Source: Chitinophagales bacterium (GTDB taxonomy: Bacteria; Bacteroidota; Bacteroidia; Chitinophagales; UBA8649). Taken from it: a stretch of DNA of 64,000 nucleotides. The notes beneath the pieces were generated by a model that saw only the letters and a list, made by a program, of their open reading frames with translations, had not been told where the DNA came from and searched no databases. The position numbers and the translations under genes were made by a program. The DNA lies in contig JBMHCE010000001.1 in assembly GCA_049890075.1 (NCBI GenBank), positions 22,633-86,632 on the forward strand. The letters are read 5' to 3'. Below are positions 18,991-29,630 of the stretch, piece after piece. Positions within the stretch are counted from its first letter, which is position 1, and each line of letters opens with the position of its first letter.

Positions 18991-21291
18991 TTATTGATAG
19001 TCCTTTTTAAGGATTGATCGACAAAGAATAGGAATCAAAAATAAATCGGCAAAGACGGCACTAAATAGGGTCAAGCTAACGAGTAAGCCGACATACATCA
19101 TGCCCGGTGCTTTTGCAAAGAGCATAACAAGAAAGCCAAAGAATAGGATTATACTAGTTACAATGATGGGGCGGCCTGTTTCCAGCGTCGTATGGTAAAG
19201 CGCTTTTTCTAAGTCTTTTGACTTACCTAATTCAAGGCGAAGTTTTGATAAAAAGTGGATCGTATCATCAACGGCAATACCAAATGATATGGCGAAGATC
19301 ATGGAGGTTGTTGCATCGAGACTAATTTGCATGACTCCCATTACAGCTGCTCCAAAAACCAATGGGAAGACATTGGGAATTATAGAAATCACAAGGAACT
19401 TCCAATTTTTAAACAAGACAGCCATCACTAAACCAATGATTAGTACTGCTCCGGAAAGGCCAAAGAGCAGATTTTGTCTTAGATAGGCGTTGTTTTGATC
19501 AATTAGCGTTCCTGTTCCTGTGATCTGAACCGATAGTTTACTTGGGTCAACGTGCTCTGCAAAATGCCGTTGAAGCCGTACATTTATTTTTTCAATATCG
19601 GAAGTACCTAAATCTTTTACTGTAGAAGATATCCTTCCCACTTTCCCGTCTTCACTTACTAAACCAATACGTGCAAAGCTGGTTGGAGGAAGATCGGCTT
19701 TCAACGCCTGAAATGAGCGGTAACTCATAGAATCTGGTAAGGCATAGTCGTCAAAGCTCTTCCTTAGGTTTTTACCGTAGTTAAACTGCTTGTATACATC
19801 AAGAATAGACAGGGTGGTGGAGAGGTCCTCCTCTTTATGCATCGCCTCTACAATGCTGTTTATCATGACGAGGATTTCATAGTCATCAAGGGAGTAATCG
19901 CCTTGTGCTTCTAGGAGAATCTCATAGGGTCTAAAACCGCTATAATGCTCCTCAAAAAAGTAGAAGTCGTCGGTCAATTTTTCTCCTCTAGGGAGTCCTG
20001 TTGCAATATCTAGGTCTGTGTTTATTGTGGAGATTCCCCAGAAGCACAGGGCTAGAAAACCAATAAAGCCGATGGTAATAGCTCGACCTTTGCGCAAGGT
20101 AAAGTGGTAGAGTTTTTTGAGTTGTTCAGTGAAGAATGAGTCGCCAAAGTCTAGATTCTTGAGTTTTGTTGGAGGAATGTAAGTGAAAAGTGCTAGGGTT
20201 AGGAAAATGACCACTAAAAAGGTAATCATGATTCCGGCGGCAGCGGCAAGTCCAAAGATTCGTATCGGCACTACTTTGGAGGTAAACAAAGAACAAAAAC
20301 CAATAGCGGTAGTCGCTGAGGTAAGAAAGGTTGCCAAACCAATGCTTCGCAAAGTAGACTGAATGGCTTCTCCTTTTGTCTTACCTGACTTGACTTCGGT
20401 GATATATTTTGAGGTGATGTGAATCACATCGGACACACCAACTATGAGTATGATAACAGGATACAGGGCACTAATCGGGTCTATATCGACTTGAAAAAGC
20501 CCAAGCATTCCCGTAAAAAAGGCAAGAGCCACAAGCATGGTAATCAGAGAAAACCCAATGGACGTTGGATTTTTAAAAAAGACAATAAATGCTGCAATAA
20601 CTAGCGCTACGGAAAGAAGAGAGGTCTTTACGAACTCTACAATTGCAATTCGCTTACCCTCTCGTTCGAAGTTGGCTCGTCCAACGTAGTGATGGTCCCC
20701 TTCCCATTGAGTGCTGATGATTTGATGAACCTCGTCCATAAAGGCGACGGATGAATCAAAACCCATGGAGTCAACAAACAATATAATGGCGGCACTCATG
20801 GAGTCATTTCCTAAGAGTCTTCCATAGAGCCTGGGGTCTTTCTTAACTCGCTCGATATCCTGAGAAAAACTGGAGTCGAAGCGCACAAGAGGAACTGCAA
20901 TGGGACTTAATGTTGGCGGTTGGTTTGTATTTGGCATAAAGCCGGCTACTCGCTTGATAAACAATATATCTTGAAAGGAAGTAATGCTTTGCGCATTGCG
21001 CACATTGGTCATTTCAGTAAACTGCCTCGTGATGGTGTCAACCAAGGTTAACTGCGTTTCACTTAATATTTTACCTTCTTTAGATTCAAGGGCTATAAAG
21101 AGAAAATCGTCATCTGATCCAAACGTCTCTCGGTAGGTTTCAAAAGCTTTTACTGAGGAATCATCTTTTGGGAAAAAACGCTTAAAATCAAAATTGAAAC
21201 TCAAGTTTTGCGGCAAAGAAAAGTATACAGCAAAAACTAAAAGAACACAGAAAACGCCAATAATGGAGGCTCGATACTTGTGGATAAACAT
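18991..21291 (-). CDS. MMPL / RND-superfamily transporter with sterol-sensing-domain-like topology
   Basis: 766 aa. Two blocks of roughly 5-6 TM helices are each preceded by a large soluble loop, the typical MMPL layout. Confidence 0.75.
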   Translation of the reverse strand: MFIHKYRASIIGVFCVLLVFAVYFSLPQNLSFNFDFKRFFPKDDSSVKAFETYRETFGSDDDFLFIALESKEGKILSETQLTLVDTITRQFTEMTNVRNAQSITSFQDILFIKRVAGFMPNTNQPPTLSPIAVPLVRFDSSFSQDIERVKKDPRLYGRLLGNDSMSAAIILFVDSMGFDSSVAFMDEVHQIISTQWEGDHHYVGRANFEREGKRIAIVEFVKTSLLSVALVIAAFIVFFKNPTSIGFSLITMLVALAFFTGMLGLFQVDIDPISALYPVIILIVGVSDVIHITSKYITEVKSGKTKGEAIQSTLRSIGLATFLTSATTAIGFCSLFTSKVVPIRIFGLAAAAGIMITFLVVIFLTLALFTYIPPTKLKNLDFGDSFFTEQLKKLYHFTLRKGRAITIGFIGFLALCFWGISTINTDLDIATGLPRGEKLTDDFYFFEEHYSGFRPYEILLEAQGDYSLDDYEILVMINSIVEAMHKEEDLSTTLSILDVYKQFNYGKNLRKSFDDYALPDSMSYRSFQALKADLPPTSFARIGLVSEDGKVGRISSTVKDLGTSDIEKINVRLQRHFAEHVDPSKLSVQITGTGTLIDQNNAYLRQNLLFGLSGAVLIIGLVMAVLFKNWKFLVISIIPNVFPLVFGAAVMGVMQISLDATTSMIFAISFGIAVDDTIHFLSKLRLELGKSKDLEKALYHTTLETGRPIIVTSIILFFGFLVMLFAKAPGMMYVGLLVSLTLFSAVFADLFLIPILCRSILKKDYQ

Positions 21292-21392
21292 TAGGCCTTG
21301 ACTCGTCGTTGTAGAATAGGATTAATCACTTTTACATAACAATCGATTTCAGATTTTGTTATCAAAATGATCTCGAAAAAAATGTCACGTTG

Positions 21393-22298
21393 ATGGAACA
21401 ATATCATGCCTTACTTCGCCAAATTCTAGACCAAGGAGTGGTCAAGGGTGATCGCACGGGTACAGGGACTAAAAGTGTCTTTGGTCATCAGTCACGTTAC
21501 GATCTTTCGAAAGGTTTCCCTTTAATGACTACTAAAAAGGTATACATGAAGGGCATCATTCATGAATTGTTATGGTTTATTGCAGGCGATACGAATATTG
21601 CTTACCTCGTACGCAATGGAGTCAATATTTGGAACGAGTGGCCTTTTCAAAACTATCTTAACCAACAAGGCTTTGCCGATTCAATGCCAAAGCATGGCCA
21701 GGCATGGAAAGAAGAGCTAAAAACATTTGTCGAACGAATAAAAACGGATGATGAATTTGCGCAACAATGGGGAGAATTAGGTCCAGTTTATGGAAGGCAG
21801 TGGCGCAATTTTGAGGGAGTTGATCAACTTGCTAAGGCGTTAGACATGATTCAAAACGCTCCGAATTCTCGTCGAATCATCGTGTCTGCTTGGAATCCAC
21901 CTGAGATCGATGAAATGGCTAAAGCTGGTCTTCCTCCGTGTCATACTTTGTTTCAATTCTATGTGGCCAACAACAAACTATCTTGTCAGCTTTATCAGCG
22001 CAGTGCGGATGTTTTTCTAGGAGTGCCTTTCAATATCGCAAGCTATGCCTTGTTGACGCATATGATTGCACAAGTTTGTGGCTTGGGCGTAGGAGATTTT
22101 GTGCATACTCTTGGCGATGCTCATTTGTATAGTAATCATATGGATCAAGCCAAAGAGCAATTACGTCGTGATTTCCGCCCTCTACCAAGGCTTGCGTTAA
22201 ATCCTTCTGTTACTGATTTGTTTGCGTTTACTTATGATGATATTGTGATTGAAGACTATAATCCTCATCCACCCATTAAGGCGCCCATTGCCGTCTAA
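21393..22298 (+). CDS. thyA: thymidylate synthase (ThyA)
   Basis: [22 protein letters not shown], active-site LPPCH and [14 protein letters not shown]. Carries a ~38-aa insert between IWNEW and GELGPVYG. Confidence 0.95.
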   Translation: MEQYHALLRQILDQGVVKGDRTGTGTKSVFGHQSRYDLSKGFPLMTTKKVYMKGIIHELLWFIAGDTNIAYLVRNGVNIWNEWPFQNYLNQQGFADSMPKHGQAWKEELKTFVERIKTDDEFAQQWGELGPVYGRQWRNFEGVDQLAKALDMIQNAPNSRRIIVSAWNPPEIDEMAKAGLPPCHTLFQFYVANNKLSCQLYQRSADVFLGVPFNIASYALLTHMIAQVCGLGVGDFVHTLGDAHLYSNHMDQAKEQLRRDFRPLPRLALNPSVTDLFAFTYDDIVIEDYNPHPPIKAPIAV

Positions 22299-22309
22299 AC
22301 TCCTCTAAA

Positions 22310-22840
22310 ATGATGTCAATTCCAACGTATACCCTTGTCGCGGCACTCGGTCAACACCATGAATTAGGTGATGGCAAGGACTTGCTATGGCGACTACCTG
22401 AAGATTTAAAATTTTTCAAAAAAGCTACGCTTGGTGGTCTAGTTATTATGGGACGTAAAACATATGAAAGCCTGCCTCCCAATTTTCGTCCACTCCCTGG
22501 CCGAGAAAACATAGTGCTTACCCGACAGGAGTCGTGGAGTATGGAGGGCGTTACTGCGCTTCACTCGTGGGACGCGATTCATGATTATGTCCGAAGCCAA
22601 GACAAACCTGCCTTTATCATTGGGGGTGGTCAGTTATACGATCATGGTCTTTCTATTGCACAAACCATGTTGTTGACGCGAGTGAACGGGAGCTTTGATC
22701 AAGCTACTGTCTTCTTCCCAGCGTGGAAGGAAAAAAGCTGGTCTATGGAAGTGGTTTATGAGCAGGAGTCAGACGATAAACACGCCTATTCCTTTGTGAT
22801 TGAACGATGGGAGCGTAAGGTGTCTGATCTGTTACCTTAG
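22310..22840 (+). CDS. folA: dihydrofolate reductase
   Basis: 176 aa with LLWRLPEDLKFFK, MGRKTYESLP and IIGGGQLY. Sits directly downstream of thyA. Confidence 0.9.
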   Translation: MMSIPTYTLVAALGQHHELGDGKDLLWRLPEDLKFFKKATLGGLVIMGRKTYESLPPNFRPLPGRENIVLTRQESWSMEGVTALHSWDAIHDYVRSQDKPAFIIGGGQLYDHGLSIAQTMLLTRVNGSFDQATVFFPAWKEKSWSMEVVYEQESDDKHAYSFVIERWERKVSDLLP

Positions 22841-23374
22841 CAGATCAGCGTACTTCATAAATTTTTGCCAAACAGTAGGGCAAGAGTACATTAAATAGAT
22901 ACCATCAATATCTTCTGCGGACTCCATTTTGCTAAACACACTCATGTGTTCGCTAAGCTGGCTTTCAGCATCTGATTCACTGAGCATGCCAGACATCATC
23001 TCGTTAATGATTCGGTCCAAATCGTTTAGAGCATAACATACATTATCAGCATCTTGACTTGAAAACTGCAATAGCCCACTGGCTTCTAGGCGTTTCAGGC
23101 TCTGGTTCGCTTCTTTAGGACAAGATTGTAGATAGGCAATCAAACGCTGTATACCCTCAGTTTGATCCGAATCAAAGAGTTGGTGTAAACTAGGGCACTC
23201 ATCAAGAAGGATCTCATCCATTTCATCATTTGATAACGTCCCTTTCTCATTATCTATAGTGAGGCTTGCCATACGATCGACACACTGGCAGCTATCTTGG
23301 GCGGTAGCTAGATTAGTTGTTAGGCTCATTGTAATGAGCGTTATACATGCAGTTAGGGCTCTAGATAATTTCAT
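22832..23374 (-). CDS. hypothetical exported acidic Cys-containing helical protein
   Basis: The internal Met gives a signal peptide (MKLSRALTACITLITMSLTTNLATAQD). No family recognised. Confidence 0.4.
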   Translation of the reverse strand: MKLSRALTACITLITMSLTTNLATAQDSCQCVDRMASLTIDNEKGTLSNDEMDEILLDECPSLHQLFDSDQTEGIQRLIAYLQSCPKEANQSLKRLEASGLLQFSSQDADNVCYALNDLDRIINEMMSGMLSESDAESQLSEHMSVFSKMESAEDIDGIYLMYSCPTVWQKFMKYADLLR

Positions 23375-23390
23375 AAAATTGCGTTTACAC

Positions 23391-24872
23391 TTAATAGGCT
23401 TTGGCAAAAAGCACTTTTTCGACAGCGGCTTCTCCAGTGAATAAACATTGTTGACCGCTTGGGTCAGCTTGTTTGTCCTCAAGACGAATACAACGCGCCG
23501 TGGCTTTAGTGTCTTTTCGAATCATTTCTTCGGTACTATCTTGACCATTCCACCAGGCTTCTACAAATCCTCCTTCAGCAATTTTAGACTTAAAATCCTC
23601 GTACGTACTTGCTGTTTTTATCGACTCTTCAAGCTCTGCCTTTCGACGGGAGTACAGGGCATCTTGCATCGCATGTAGCATAGCCTCAAGGTTTTCAGAA
23701 AGCCCTTCAAGGGAATAACTCTCCTTTTCACCTAAGTCTCGGCGCATGACCTCAACTTGTTTGTTTTCTAAATCCCGAGGTCCAATAACAACACGTATTG
23801 GATAACCCTGAAGTTCATATTGGGCAAATTTGAAACCAGGTCTTTTGGTTTCATCTACATCAACTTTTACGCGGATTCCAAGCGCCTTTAAATCATTTGC
23901 TATGCTGTCGGCTGTTTCAACGAGTGCCTTTTGGACATCTTTATCCTTTGTCATAAAGGGAACAATCACTACTTGGTAAGGAGCCACTTTAGGAGGAAGT
24001 ACAAGGCCCTTATCATCGGAATGGCTCATAATCAAGGCACCCATTAACCGCGTAGATACTCCCCAAGAAGTGGCCCATACATAATCAGACTCACCTTCTT
24101 TGTTTAGAAACTTCACGTCAAATGCTTTGGCGAAATTTTGACCCAAAAAGTGTGAGGTTCCCGCTTGAAGCGCTCGGCCGTCTTGCATTAAGGCTTCTAT
24201 ACAATAGGTCTCTTCTGCCCCTGCGAATCGCTCATTTTTTGTTTTGACTCCTTGGATAACTGGGATGGCCAACACTTCCTTTACAAAATCAGCATACACC
24301 CCGAGCATCGTCTCTGTCTCTTGAATCGCCTCTTCTCGGGTAGAATGCGCCGTGTGACCCTCTTGCCACAAAAATTCAGCAGTTCGCAAAAAGAGCCTCG
24401 TTCGCATTTCCCATCGCACAACATTTGCCCACTGATTAATCAGAATAGGCAGGTCTCGGTAAGACTGAATCCAGTTTCGGTAAGAATTCCAAATGATGGT
24501 TTCGGAAGTTGGTCTTACGATTAGTTCTTCTTCGAGTTTCGCTTCAGGATCCACGACAACTCCACCATTAGGATCATTTTTTAATCGGTAATGAGTAACG
24601 ACTGCACACTCTTTGGCAAATCCCTCTACATGGTCAGCCTCCTTGGAGAGATAGCTCTTGGGAATAAAGAGTGGAAAGTATGCATTAACGTGCCCGGTCT
24701 CCTTAAATCGGTGATCTAAGTCTTCTTTCATAGCCTCCCAGATTGCGAAGCCGTATGGCTTTATAACCATACATCCTCTTACATCGGAATGCTCGGCCAT
24801 ATCCGCTTTGATAACAATGTCGTTATACCATTGGGCATAGTTTTCTGCCCGTGTTGAAATCCCTTTACTCAT
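23391..24872 (-). CDS. proS: proline--tRNA ligase (archaeal/eukaryote-like type)
   Basis: 493 aa with class II aaRS motifs ([24 protein letters not shown]) and the C-terminal Zn-domain-like tail ending in AKAY. Confidence 0.95.
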   Translation of the reverse strand: MSKGISTRAENYAQWYNDIVIKADMAEHSDVRGCMVIKPYGFAIWEAMKEDLDHRFKETGHVNAYFPLFIPKSYLSKEADHVEGFAKECAVVTHYRLKNDPNGGVVVDPEAKLEEELIVRPTSETIIWNSYRNWIQSYRDLPILINQWANVVRWEMRTRLFLRTAEFLWQEGHTAHSTREEAIQETETMLGVYADFVKEVLAIPVIQGVKTKNERFAGAEETYCIEALMQDGRALQAGTSHFLGQNFAKAFDVKFLNKEGESDYVWATSWGVSTRLMGALIMSHSDDKGLVLPPKVAPYQVVIVPFMTKDKDVQKALVETADSIANDLKALGIRVKVDVDETKRPGFKFAQYELQGYPIRVVIGPRDLENKQVEVMRRDLGEKESYSLEGLSENLEAMLHAMQDALYSRRKAELEESIKTASTYEDFKSKIAEGGFVEAWWNGQDSTEEMIRKDTKATARCIRLEDKQADPSGQQCLFTGEAAVEKVLFAKAY

Positions 24873-24935
24873 TTTTGGTATGCTCTTTGTAACAAGTCTC
24901 TGCGATAAATGTATTGATTATTCAACGCTTGCGCT

Positions 24936-26294
24936 ATGCGAAATGTAGTATTTCTTTTTCTGATGGTTTTTGCATCGACTTCCTGGGCACAGTTCGATGA
25001 TGTGTATTCTTCTTCGCCTTGGAATTATGACGAGGAGATAACAACCTTCACATCGATTGACGAAAGCTATAATGCTTCGGTCGATGACGCAACGATTTAT
25101 TCGGATATCGATTTCTACAACGATGAGTATTGGATGTATGACGACTATGATTTCAGGTATTCACGAAATATCAATCGCTTTTATCAGCCTATATATGGCA
25201 CTACGTTTTATGACTTTCGTTACACGAACGGGTTTTACTACACATACAATCCTTGGGATTGGGGTGTAAACATATATGTCAACACCTCGCCTTGGAGGCC
25301 TCGGCGGTGGGGATGGAATGCAGGTTGGAATAATGTATGGTGGGGTGGCGGTTTTGGCCCGACATACAGTGTTACCACTTTTTACGGGTGGGTAAGCCCT
25401 TGGCCTATGTATAATTCATGGCATACTTCGTGGGGCTATGGTGGAATGGGTTGGAACAATACATGGTTTGGTGGGTATTCAAACTGGTATGGTCACCAAT
25501 ACTGGGCCTACAACAATCCGTTCTGTTCGGGATTTGGATTCGATTATAATGATTGGTATGCCAATGCTGGCAATATTCATTACGGTCCTCGATTAGGTGG
25601 CACATCTTATGGTAATCGAACTAAGAATAAGTCCTTTGTAATGCAGGAGGACGGCTTTGATAATCCTAGAATGCGAGCGCAGGGCTTATCATTATCTTCT
25701 TCTGCTGCTTCGACAGAGAAGCGATCCTCGCAAGAGGTAGATGGAGCTCGAATAGAGACTCTTTCTAGCCGTCCAAGCAGCACACGTCTAAACAATCAAC
25801 CCATACATGCGCCGAACGCTACTGGCTCATTACAAAATGGAACATCTGAAAGTCATGCAACTTCAAGAGGGGAAAACAATGTGTTGAGCAATGACAGGAA
25901 CCAAGAGGGTGTCTCTCGCGGAAACTTTTCATCTCAAGAAAACACGCCTTCAGATCGCAAATCAGAGAACGTGAACTCAAGCTCCAATAGGTTGCAGGAA
26001 AACAACACGTTGCAACAAAGCAACAGCAATCAGCCTTCGCGTGGGAGTAACACGCAAAACAATTCTACTATCCAACAGAATCAACGTCAACAATCGTCTC
26101 AAGGCAACGGCAGTTTCTCAAATACTCGTGGCTCGAATGTCGGCAAATCTTCTTCAGGAAATAACAGGTCCAATCAAAGCAATCTAAATCGCTCCAATGG
26201 AGGAAGTAGAGGGAATATGAATAATGGAGGAGGGAATAACCGCTCTAACGGAGGAGGAAATAGCAATCCACGTAGCCGCGGAGGTGGACGATAA
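24936..26294 (+). CDS. exported low-complexity protein: Trp/Tyr/Gly/Asn-rich N-terminal half, Ser/Asn/Gln/Arg/Gly-rich tail
   Basis: Signal peptide (FASTSWAQ). I count ~19 Trp in the first ~200 mature residues. The tail ends GGSRGNMNNGGGNNRSNGGGNSNPRSRGGGR. Long uninterrupted ORF between proS and a barrel gene. Confidence 0.5.
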   Translation: MRNVVFLFLMVFASTSWAQFDDVYSSSPWNYDEEITTFTSIDESYNASVDDATIYSDIDFYNDEYWMYDDYDFRYSRNINRFYQPIYGTTFYDFRYTNGFYYTYNPWDWGVNIYVNTSPWRPRRWGWNAGWNNVWWGGGFGPTYSVTTFYGWVSPWPMYNSWHTSWGYGGMGWNNTWFGGYSNWYGHQYWAYNNPFCSGFGFDYNDWYANAGNIHYGPRLGGTSYGNRTKNKSFVMQEDGFDNPRMRAQGLSLSSSAASTEKRSSQEVDGARIETLSSRPSSTRLNNQPIHAPNATGSLQNGTSESHATSRGENNVLSNDRNQEGVSRGNFSSQENTPSDRKSENVNSSSNRLQENNTLQQSNSNQPSRGSNTQNNSTIQQNQRQQSSQGNGSFSNTRGSNVGKSSSGNNRSNQSNLNRSNGGSRGNMNNGGGNNRSNGGGNSNPRSRGGGR

Positions 26295-26316
26295 CAAGTA
26301 ATAATCAAAAAAATCT

Positions 26317-27822
26317 ATGCGAAAAATAGGATATCTAACCCTGGTGTTTTCATTGGCTACCCTTAATCTATGGAGTCAATTGTATTCTCGTCAAATGCTT
26401 CAAATGACCGATTTAAATCCCCACTTTAGAAGTGCACGGTATAGCGGAGTGAGTGGAGCATTCTCCGCCATTGGGCCTGATTTGTCGAGTATCACAGACA
26501 ACCCTGCAGGAATAGCGCTAATCAAATCTTCGCAGTTTAGTTTTACTGCAGGGGGCGTTGTTCATCAAAGTAGTTCCTCCTATATGAATTCAACCGCTGT
26601 TGCTGATCGAATAGGTGTTCCTACCTTCAATTCAATAGGCTTTGGGGTGACAACCGAAGGGAGTGACCGGTGGTCTGTTGGACTGACGCTTAATCGACTA
26701 GCCGATTACAATCAATCGTTGTCGTTTTCTGGATTCAATCCTATGAATAGTATGGCGGCTTCGCATGCAGTTACGGCAACAGCGATTACCAACTCCCTTG
26801 GATTGCCTCCTGATGGGCTTAGCGATAGTAATGCCCCCTTTGAGGTGACCAATGCGTATCTCGGCTGGCTTGTAAACTGGGATTCAACAAGTAACAGCTA
26901 CCAAGCTCCGGCTTCCGATTCAGTATATCAAAATGGACGTTATGAAAGCCGTGGAGGATTTTACGAGGCGGCCATGAGCCTGGGCAGAAGTTATCTTGGC
27001 GATCGAGTCCATGTCGGATTTTCTGTCGGCATTCCGTTTATGAACCACAAGAACCGCTTAATCTTTAATGAAGAAGAAGGGTCTTCAACCAACCGTGGAT
27101 TTTACCGAAGCGAACAGCGAACCAGAGTACAAAATGAAGGCTTTGGAATTAACGCGAAGTTTGGAATTGTCTTAAAGCCTGTTAATGGTGTTCGCTTGGC
27201 GGCGGCAGTCCACTCGCCAACAAGAATGTTTATTACAGAAAACTATAATGCGAAGATTACCTCCTATGTTGATACGCCTGTTACCCCTACTAGTGGGTTT
27301 TGCCTTCCCTGTGAGGAGGCTTCTCCTCGAGGCGTATATGAATATTCCATGCGCATGCCATGGAGGGCTAATGTTGGCTTAGGTTTTGTGATTGACCGTG
27401 TAGGGTTCTTATCGATGCAATATGAATGGACAGGACTTAATGAGGCACGATATTTCTTTGGGAATGGATTCGGTGAATTGGGTCGGGAGATTAATAACGA
27501 CATCGATGAAAGGTACCGCAATACCCATAATGTACGCTTGGGGGTTGAACTTGCTCCAGGTCCTTTGAGGTTCCGAGCAGGGGCGCATGCCACGTCATCT
27601 CCTTTAGCTGGTGAAGAACTCAACGGCTTGTTTTGGAAGCATGGCATCTCAGGAGGATTTGGTGTGGTAGGAAGGAATATGGCATTGGATTTTTCCTACG
27701 TCCAAAATCGACAAAATCAACAGGATATGCCTTACGACAACTTCGGGGAGGCATCACCTCAAGTCCTTTCAGAACTTACACGACATTATGTAGGGGTTAC
27801 GCTTAGCATGCGCTTACAATAG
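26317..27822 (+). CDS. FadL/PorV-like outer-membrane beta-barrel protein
   Basis: Signal peptide. The N-terminal motif SARYSGVSGAFSAIGPDLSSITDNPAGIA follows the (G)GA..A...D.S....NPAG(L)A pattern of FadL/PorV-type barrels. Confidence 0.5.
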   Translation: MRKIGYLTLVFSLATLNLWSQLYSRQMLQMTDLNPHFRSARYSGVSGAFSAIGPDLSSITDNPAGIALIKSSQFSFTAGGVVHQSSSSYMNSTAVADRIGVPTFNSIGFGVTTEGSDRWSVGLTLNRLADYNQSLSFSGFNPMNSMAASHAVTATAITNSLGLPPDGLSDSNAPFEVTNAYLGWLVNWDSTSNSYQAPASDSVYQNGRYESRGGFYEAAMSLGRSYLGDRVHVGFSVGIPFMNHKNRLIFNEEEGSSTNRGFYRSEQRTRVQNEGFGINAKFGIVLKPVNGVRLAAAVHSPTRMFITENYNAKITSYVDTPVTPTSGFCLPCEEASPRGVYEYSMRMPWRANVGLGFVIDRVGFLSMQYEWTGLNEARYFFGNGFGELGREINNDIDERYRNTHNVRLGVELAPGPLRFRAGAHATSSPLAGEELNGLFWKHGISGGFGVVGRNMALDFSYVQNRQNQQDMPYDNFGEASPQVLSELTRHYVGVTLSMRLQ

Positions 27823-27826
27823 TAGT

Positions 27827-28849
27827 CTAGACAATATTGACTTCACGCTCTAGCTGAATGCCATATTGATTGTGTATGTCTTCCATGATGGCACTTGACA
27901 GGGAAAGAATCTCTTGCCCATTACCCTCGCCATGGTTTACAAGGACTAATGCTTGGTTTTTGTAGACGCCCACTTTGCCGTGCGTCTTACCTTTCCATCC
28001 TGCTCGATCAATCAGCCAACCCGCAGGAACTTTTATGGTATTGGTTTGAGCAACTTCATATCCTGGAAGGTCGGGATAGCGGTCTTTGAGTCGATTAAAC
28101 TGTGTTTTGGAGATTACTGGGTTTTTAAAAAAACTTCCCGCATTGCCAATTTTATCCGGGTCAGGGAGTTTGGCTTGACGAATCTCAATGACAGTTTTGG
28201 CTATGTCGTGAATGGTTGGTTGACTAATATTTTTGGAATCTAGGTGGTCCAAAATGCCGCCATACGTGGCATGGATTACGTGATGGTTTTTCGTCAACTT
28301 AAAGGTTACTTCATGGATAAGAGTGCGTCCCTTTAGCTCATTTTTGAAAATGCTGTCGCGGTAGCCAAATAGGCAGTCTTCATTATCCAATACGAGACTC
28401 TCGTTGTCGAGCAAGTCATGGGCTTTCAATGATACCATGACATCTTTACATTCAACACCATAGGCTCCAATATTTTGGATCGGGGCAGCACCAACATTTC
28501 CAGGGATGAGTGCAAGATTTTCTACGCCTCCCCATCCTTGTTCGAGGCAATGCATCACAAAGCTATGCCAGTTGACTCCTCCACCAACTCGAATCCATAG
28601 ATGATGATCAGTTTCCTTGTCAACTTCAATGCCCTGTAATTGATTATGGATTATAACGCCATTGTATTGTTTTGTAAAGACCACATTGCTTCCGCCACCA
28701 AGTACCATAAACTGGTTTGAAATGGAAACAACATCGCTGAGATCTTTGATATACCAGGGATCTCTCAGGGCATAATAATAACGTGAAGAGACATCAAAGC
28801 CAAAGGTGTTTTTATCCTTTAAACTCTTATTGCCTTCTACCCAGTGCAA
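27827..28849 (-). CDS. murB: UDP-N-acetylenolpyruvoylglucosamine reductase
   Basis: 340 aa type-I MurB with an FAD-binding GGGSNV and a C-terminal AGWLID..G.KG motif. Confidence 0.9.
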   Translation of the reverse strand: MHWVEGNKSLKDKNTFGFDVSSRYYYALRDPWYIKDLSDVVSISNQFMVLGGGSNVVFTKQYNGVIIHNQLQGIEVDKETDHHLWIRVGGGVNWHSFVMHCLEQGWGGVENLALIPGNVGAAPIQNIGAYGVECKDVMVSLKAHDLLDNESLVLDNEDCLFGYRDSIFKNELKGRTLIHEVTFKLTKNHHVIHATYGGILDHLDSKNISQPTIHDIAKTVIEIRQAKLPDPDKIGNAGSFFKNPVISKTQFNRLKDRYPDLPGYEVAQTNTIKVPAGWLIDRAGWKGKTHGKVGVYKNQALVLVNHGEGNGQEILSLSSAIMEDIHNQYGIQLEREVNIV

Positions 28850-28868
28850 ACTAAACGGGATTTATTGC

Positions 28869-29630
28869 TTACTTGGCTTCTGCGAGCTTTCCGTAATCCG
28901 GAGTTAAAATGCGACCGCAATGCTCGCAAGTTGTTACGCGTTTTTCAGCGTCAATATCGATTTGAATTTGAGGTGGGATTTTCGCAAAGCAACCACCACA
29001 ACTTTCCCGTTCAACTGAAACAACAGCTAGGCCATTTTTGTAAGAAGAGCGAATGCGTTCGTAAGCCTTCATGAGTCGGTCTTCGACGTTAGCTTTTGCT
29101 GCATCGCGTTGCTTAGCCAATGCTTTTTCTTCCTTTTCAGTTTCTTTGGTAATCGTCTCTAATTCCTTGATTTTCTTATCCAGCTCTTCCTTCTTAGAAA
29201 CCAATAACTCCTCGATTTCTCCGAAACTTTCTTTTCGGCTTTCCAATAACTCCGAGGACTCGCGAATTTTCTTTTCCGCCAATTGGATTTCAAGTTTCTG
29301 GATACTTACCTCTTTTGTGAGGGCTTCATATTCCCGATTGTTCTTGACATTATCCATTTGCTTCTCATACTTATTGATAAGATCATTGGATGCGTCAATA
29401 CTCGCTTTTCTCGCATTGAGTTCGGTTTCCAATTCAGCGAACTCTTCATTGGTACGCGTTATGCGATTTTCGATACCCGCGATTTCATCTTCTAAATCTT
29501 CGACCTCCAAAGGAAGTTCCCCTTTGAGTCGTTGAATTCGATCGTACTCTTTATCGATAGCTTGCATTTCATATAGTGAACGAAGCTTTTCTGATGTACT
29601 TTGCTGTTTAGTCTTTTTTGCCTTTGCCAT
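28869..29630 (-). CDS. coiled-coil protein with C-terminal C4 zinc ribbon (COG1579 family)
   Basis: Long heptad-rich body and a C-terminal CGGC...CEHCGRIL. The partnership with the upstream Nif3 gene is conserved. Confidence 0.75.
   Translation of the reverse strand: MAKAKKTKQQSTSEKLRSLYEMQAIDKEYDRIQRLKGELPLEVEDLEDEIAGIENRITRTNEEFAELETELNARKASIDASNDLINKYEKQMDNVKNNREYEALTKEVSIQKLEIQLAEKKIRESSELLESRKESFGEIEELLVSKKEELDKKIKELETITKETEKEEKALAKQRDAAKANVEDRLMKAYERIRSSYKNGLAVVSVERESCGGCFAKIPPQIQIDIDAEKRVTTCEHCGRILTPDYGKLAEAK

Noticed and set aside
21340-21362. A small dyad (ATTTTG-ttat-CAAAAT) upstream of thyA, considered as a regulatory site.
   Set aside because: It is AT-only, has a 6-bp stem, and sequences like it are common by chance in AT-rich promoter regions.
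21393-22298. A ~38-aa insertion in ThyA between IWNEW and GELGPVYG.
   Set aside because: An insertion at this surface loop is a known natural variation of ThyA (e.g. the Lactobacillus casei-type insert). All catalytic motifs are intact.
25653-26291. The Ser/Asn/Gln/Arg-rich tail region considered as a DNA-level tandem or satellite repeat.
   Set aside because: I could not find a fixed repeat period. It looks like compositional bias in a coding region rather than a structured repeat.
27264-27647. A 127-aa ORF antisense to the FadL/PorV-like barrel gene.
   Set aside because: It is a Pro/Ser/Arg-rich shadow frame with no independent support.
29071-29535. A 154-aa plus-strand ORF, together with 29283..29495, antisense to the coiled-coil zinc-ribbon gene.
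   Set aside because: It is a Ser/Leu/Phe-rich shadow ORF produced by the Glu/Lys-rich repetitive coding strand. It has no start context or recognisable domain.
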